Both the position numbers and the translations under genes were made by a program. A stretch of DNA of 64,000 nt from Penicillus capitatus (Eukaryota > Plantae > Chlorophyta): positions 515,411 through 579,410 of the forward strand of contig OZ287708.1 in assembly GCA_965649825.1 (NCBI GenBank), read 5' to 3'. Below the pieces are notes generated by a model. The model made no database searches, had not been told where the DNA came from, and saw nothing but the letters and a program-made list of their open reading frames with translations. Positions 62,239 through 64,000 of the stretch are shown here, one piece after another. Position 1 is the stretch's first letter. Each line of letters opens with the position of its first letter.

Positions 62239-64000
62239 TCACCGTTTCGATTTACCAAGTCGCCTTTCTTTACTTCGACGACGACGTTTAGATTCTTTCT
62301 TAGCCTTCTTTTTCGCCCTTCCTTTCTTCAACGTCTTTAACAGTTTCCTGAACTCGGATGTCGACAGTCCTTTGAGGACTTCTTCATCGAATGTCTCTTC
62401 TTTGCGTTCCTTCTTGCTCTTTTTCTTTTTACTGGGCTTCTCTTCTTCCACCTCGGATTCTTCGGAGGAAACGTTTAGGCGCTTTCGATTAGTGCTCGAC
62501 GGATCGTTGGTCGTTTCTTTAATCTCTGAAAGATCGATCAAATCGGTTTCTTCCTGCATGTGACGACGATTGTGTTCAGGAGACATCTCTTCCTCTTCCT
62601 CTTCCTCTTCATCCTCATCTTCCTCGGAAGCATCGAAAATTGACTTGAAAATATCGAGAGGTGGCTCTGTGTATTCTGGAGGCGGCAAAGAAATCTAAAC
62701 GGCATAACATAAAGGGGTGAAGGCAAAGGTCGTGTGATGTGACTGACGTCAATGTCGTCTGCCACAGAGATTGTTGGACCTGCAGTCTCTGCTGAAGCGC
62801 GCGGCTCTTCTTCTTGCACTTCATCCAAAGCAGATTCATATGTCATGAACTTGGAGGTGGTTTCTGATTCTCGAGGCATTCCTTTCAACGGATCGAGGAC
62901 ATTGAATCGTTTATAGAGTAAAGGAACGGGATGCCAGTCGACAAAAGAACGAACGGGTGTGCATTCTCCTGGCTGAGGTGCTCTGTCAACAGATTTGTCT
63001 GCCTCTGGCTGCTGTTCACTCTTGGGCTTCGGTGCTCTGAGGCCTGCTGTACTCTCTTCCATGTGCAGCGTTCCTTCCGCGCTGCCTTTGACAAAATTCG
63101 ATTTCAATGCCGATCGGACTCTGTCGCGGTCTTCTTCAGGAACACCTCCAATAAAAGGATGCGAGACAGTGCGGCTGGCAATGGGTGTTTCCTGGATTCT
63201 CTCATCGCCCAGCAGAAATCCACGGTCGTCTGCTGTAAGAGGTGCCTCTCTCAGACCGATGCAGTGCACACCGAGTTTCTGAAAAGTCACTTTGACGTCC
63301 AGGAGTTTCCACCTGTAATACTCGGACCCTTCTCCACCGAAGAGAAAACCGAAACCATCCTCTCCCTGATGTTTTTGGCGGACAAATTCTTCGGACATCA
63401 TTCCTCCCTTTGCAACGAATACTGCTAAACTGTCAATCGTTCTTTTGAGATTTTCGTCGACGGGAAGCTTGGGGGCTGGAACAGAAGACTGCATGGATTT
63501 CACAGGATCTCCTTCGTTAGAAGGTTGCATGTCTTCATGCCTCCCTGTGAAATCTGTCGGAACGATGGGAAGCTGAAACGCTTTCTTCTCGTGCAGCACA
63601 GATCCCAGACAAAATCCTGCCACCAAAGATCCCTTCTTCCCTGTGGGCTTCTGTCCGATTCTCTTTGGCCCTCTGTCGCCGTCACATCATCAGACAGAAG
63701 GCCATACTAGACGGACATACTTTTCGATATGCCGTGTGTGTTTGCCTCCGTCGTCGGAATGATCAGACATATCGTAGTAGTTTATGTGATCATGGGCACT
63801 CTCTACGTAGTCTCCGATCTCACCGAACGTGTCTGTCTCTTCCAGTACGCCCACACCAAAAGCAATGCCGCGCGATCTCTTGATCGAAGACTTCGGCGAG
63901 GTGCCTTCTCCTGTCTTGTGTCTTTCGAAGGCACGGGATCCTCGAAACGGATCGAATCCCAATCCTTGGACATTCGTCTAAGAAACATCCATTTCATTTC
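62239..64000 (-). CDS. G-patch/SURP protein TOUGH/GPATCH1-like; 5' part outside the window
   Basis: GIAFGVGVLEE..Y, SURP-like IDSLAVFVAKGG..FLFGGEGSEYYRWKL, W.P.PLLYKRFNV.DP, P.P.DIFKSIF, K/R-rich tail. Confidence 0.85.

Overview
Nuclear DNA from a very compact green-algal (chlorophyte) genome. A siphonous ulvophyte is a guess based on gene content; the species cannot be fixed from the sequence. It uses the standard code plus Sec-UGA, has about 33 intron-rich protein genes, and the introns I traced are ~35-80 nt. Left to right: a tandem array of at least 5 diverged FMN-dependent alpha-hydroxy-acid oxidases, LIG1, GRXS14, a NOL11-like gene, UPM1, GPKOW, a CCT protein, catalase, a TPR protein, PEX4, HHL1, GNL3, TFIIE-beta, MscS, an RNase MRP RNA gene, a six-exon LYR gene missed by the ORF track, FAD2, a large secreted beta-helix/multi-TM protein, an Sfi1-like coiled-coil gene, a Kazal protein, presequence protease, a kelch protein, an STE20 kinase, a RING protein, a selenocysteine GPX with SECIS, an enoyl-CoA hydratase, DUF3531 and TGH/GPATCH1. 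Most unusual points: (1) an intact, intronless SfsA nuclease-fold ORF fills a 973-nt same-strand spliceosomal intron of the Sfi1-like gene; (2) same-strand gene chains are packed like operons, with gaps of 14, 21 and 46 nt and one 20-nt overlap; (3) the MRP RNA is only ~180 nt and has a compensated P4 change; (4) the oxidase paralogs have lost conserved substrate residues; (5) GC-AG introns are frequent; (6) non-coding regions carry TCGA/CGATCG-dense islands. All gene models were spliced by hand; no database searches were run.
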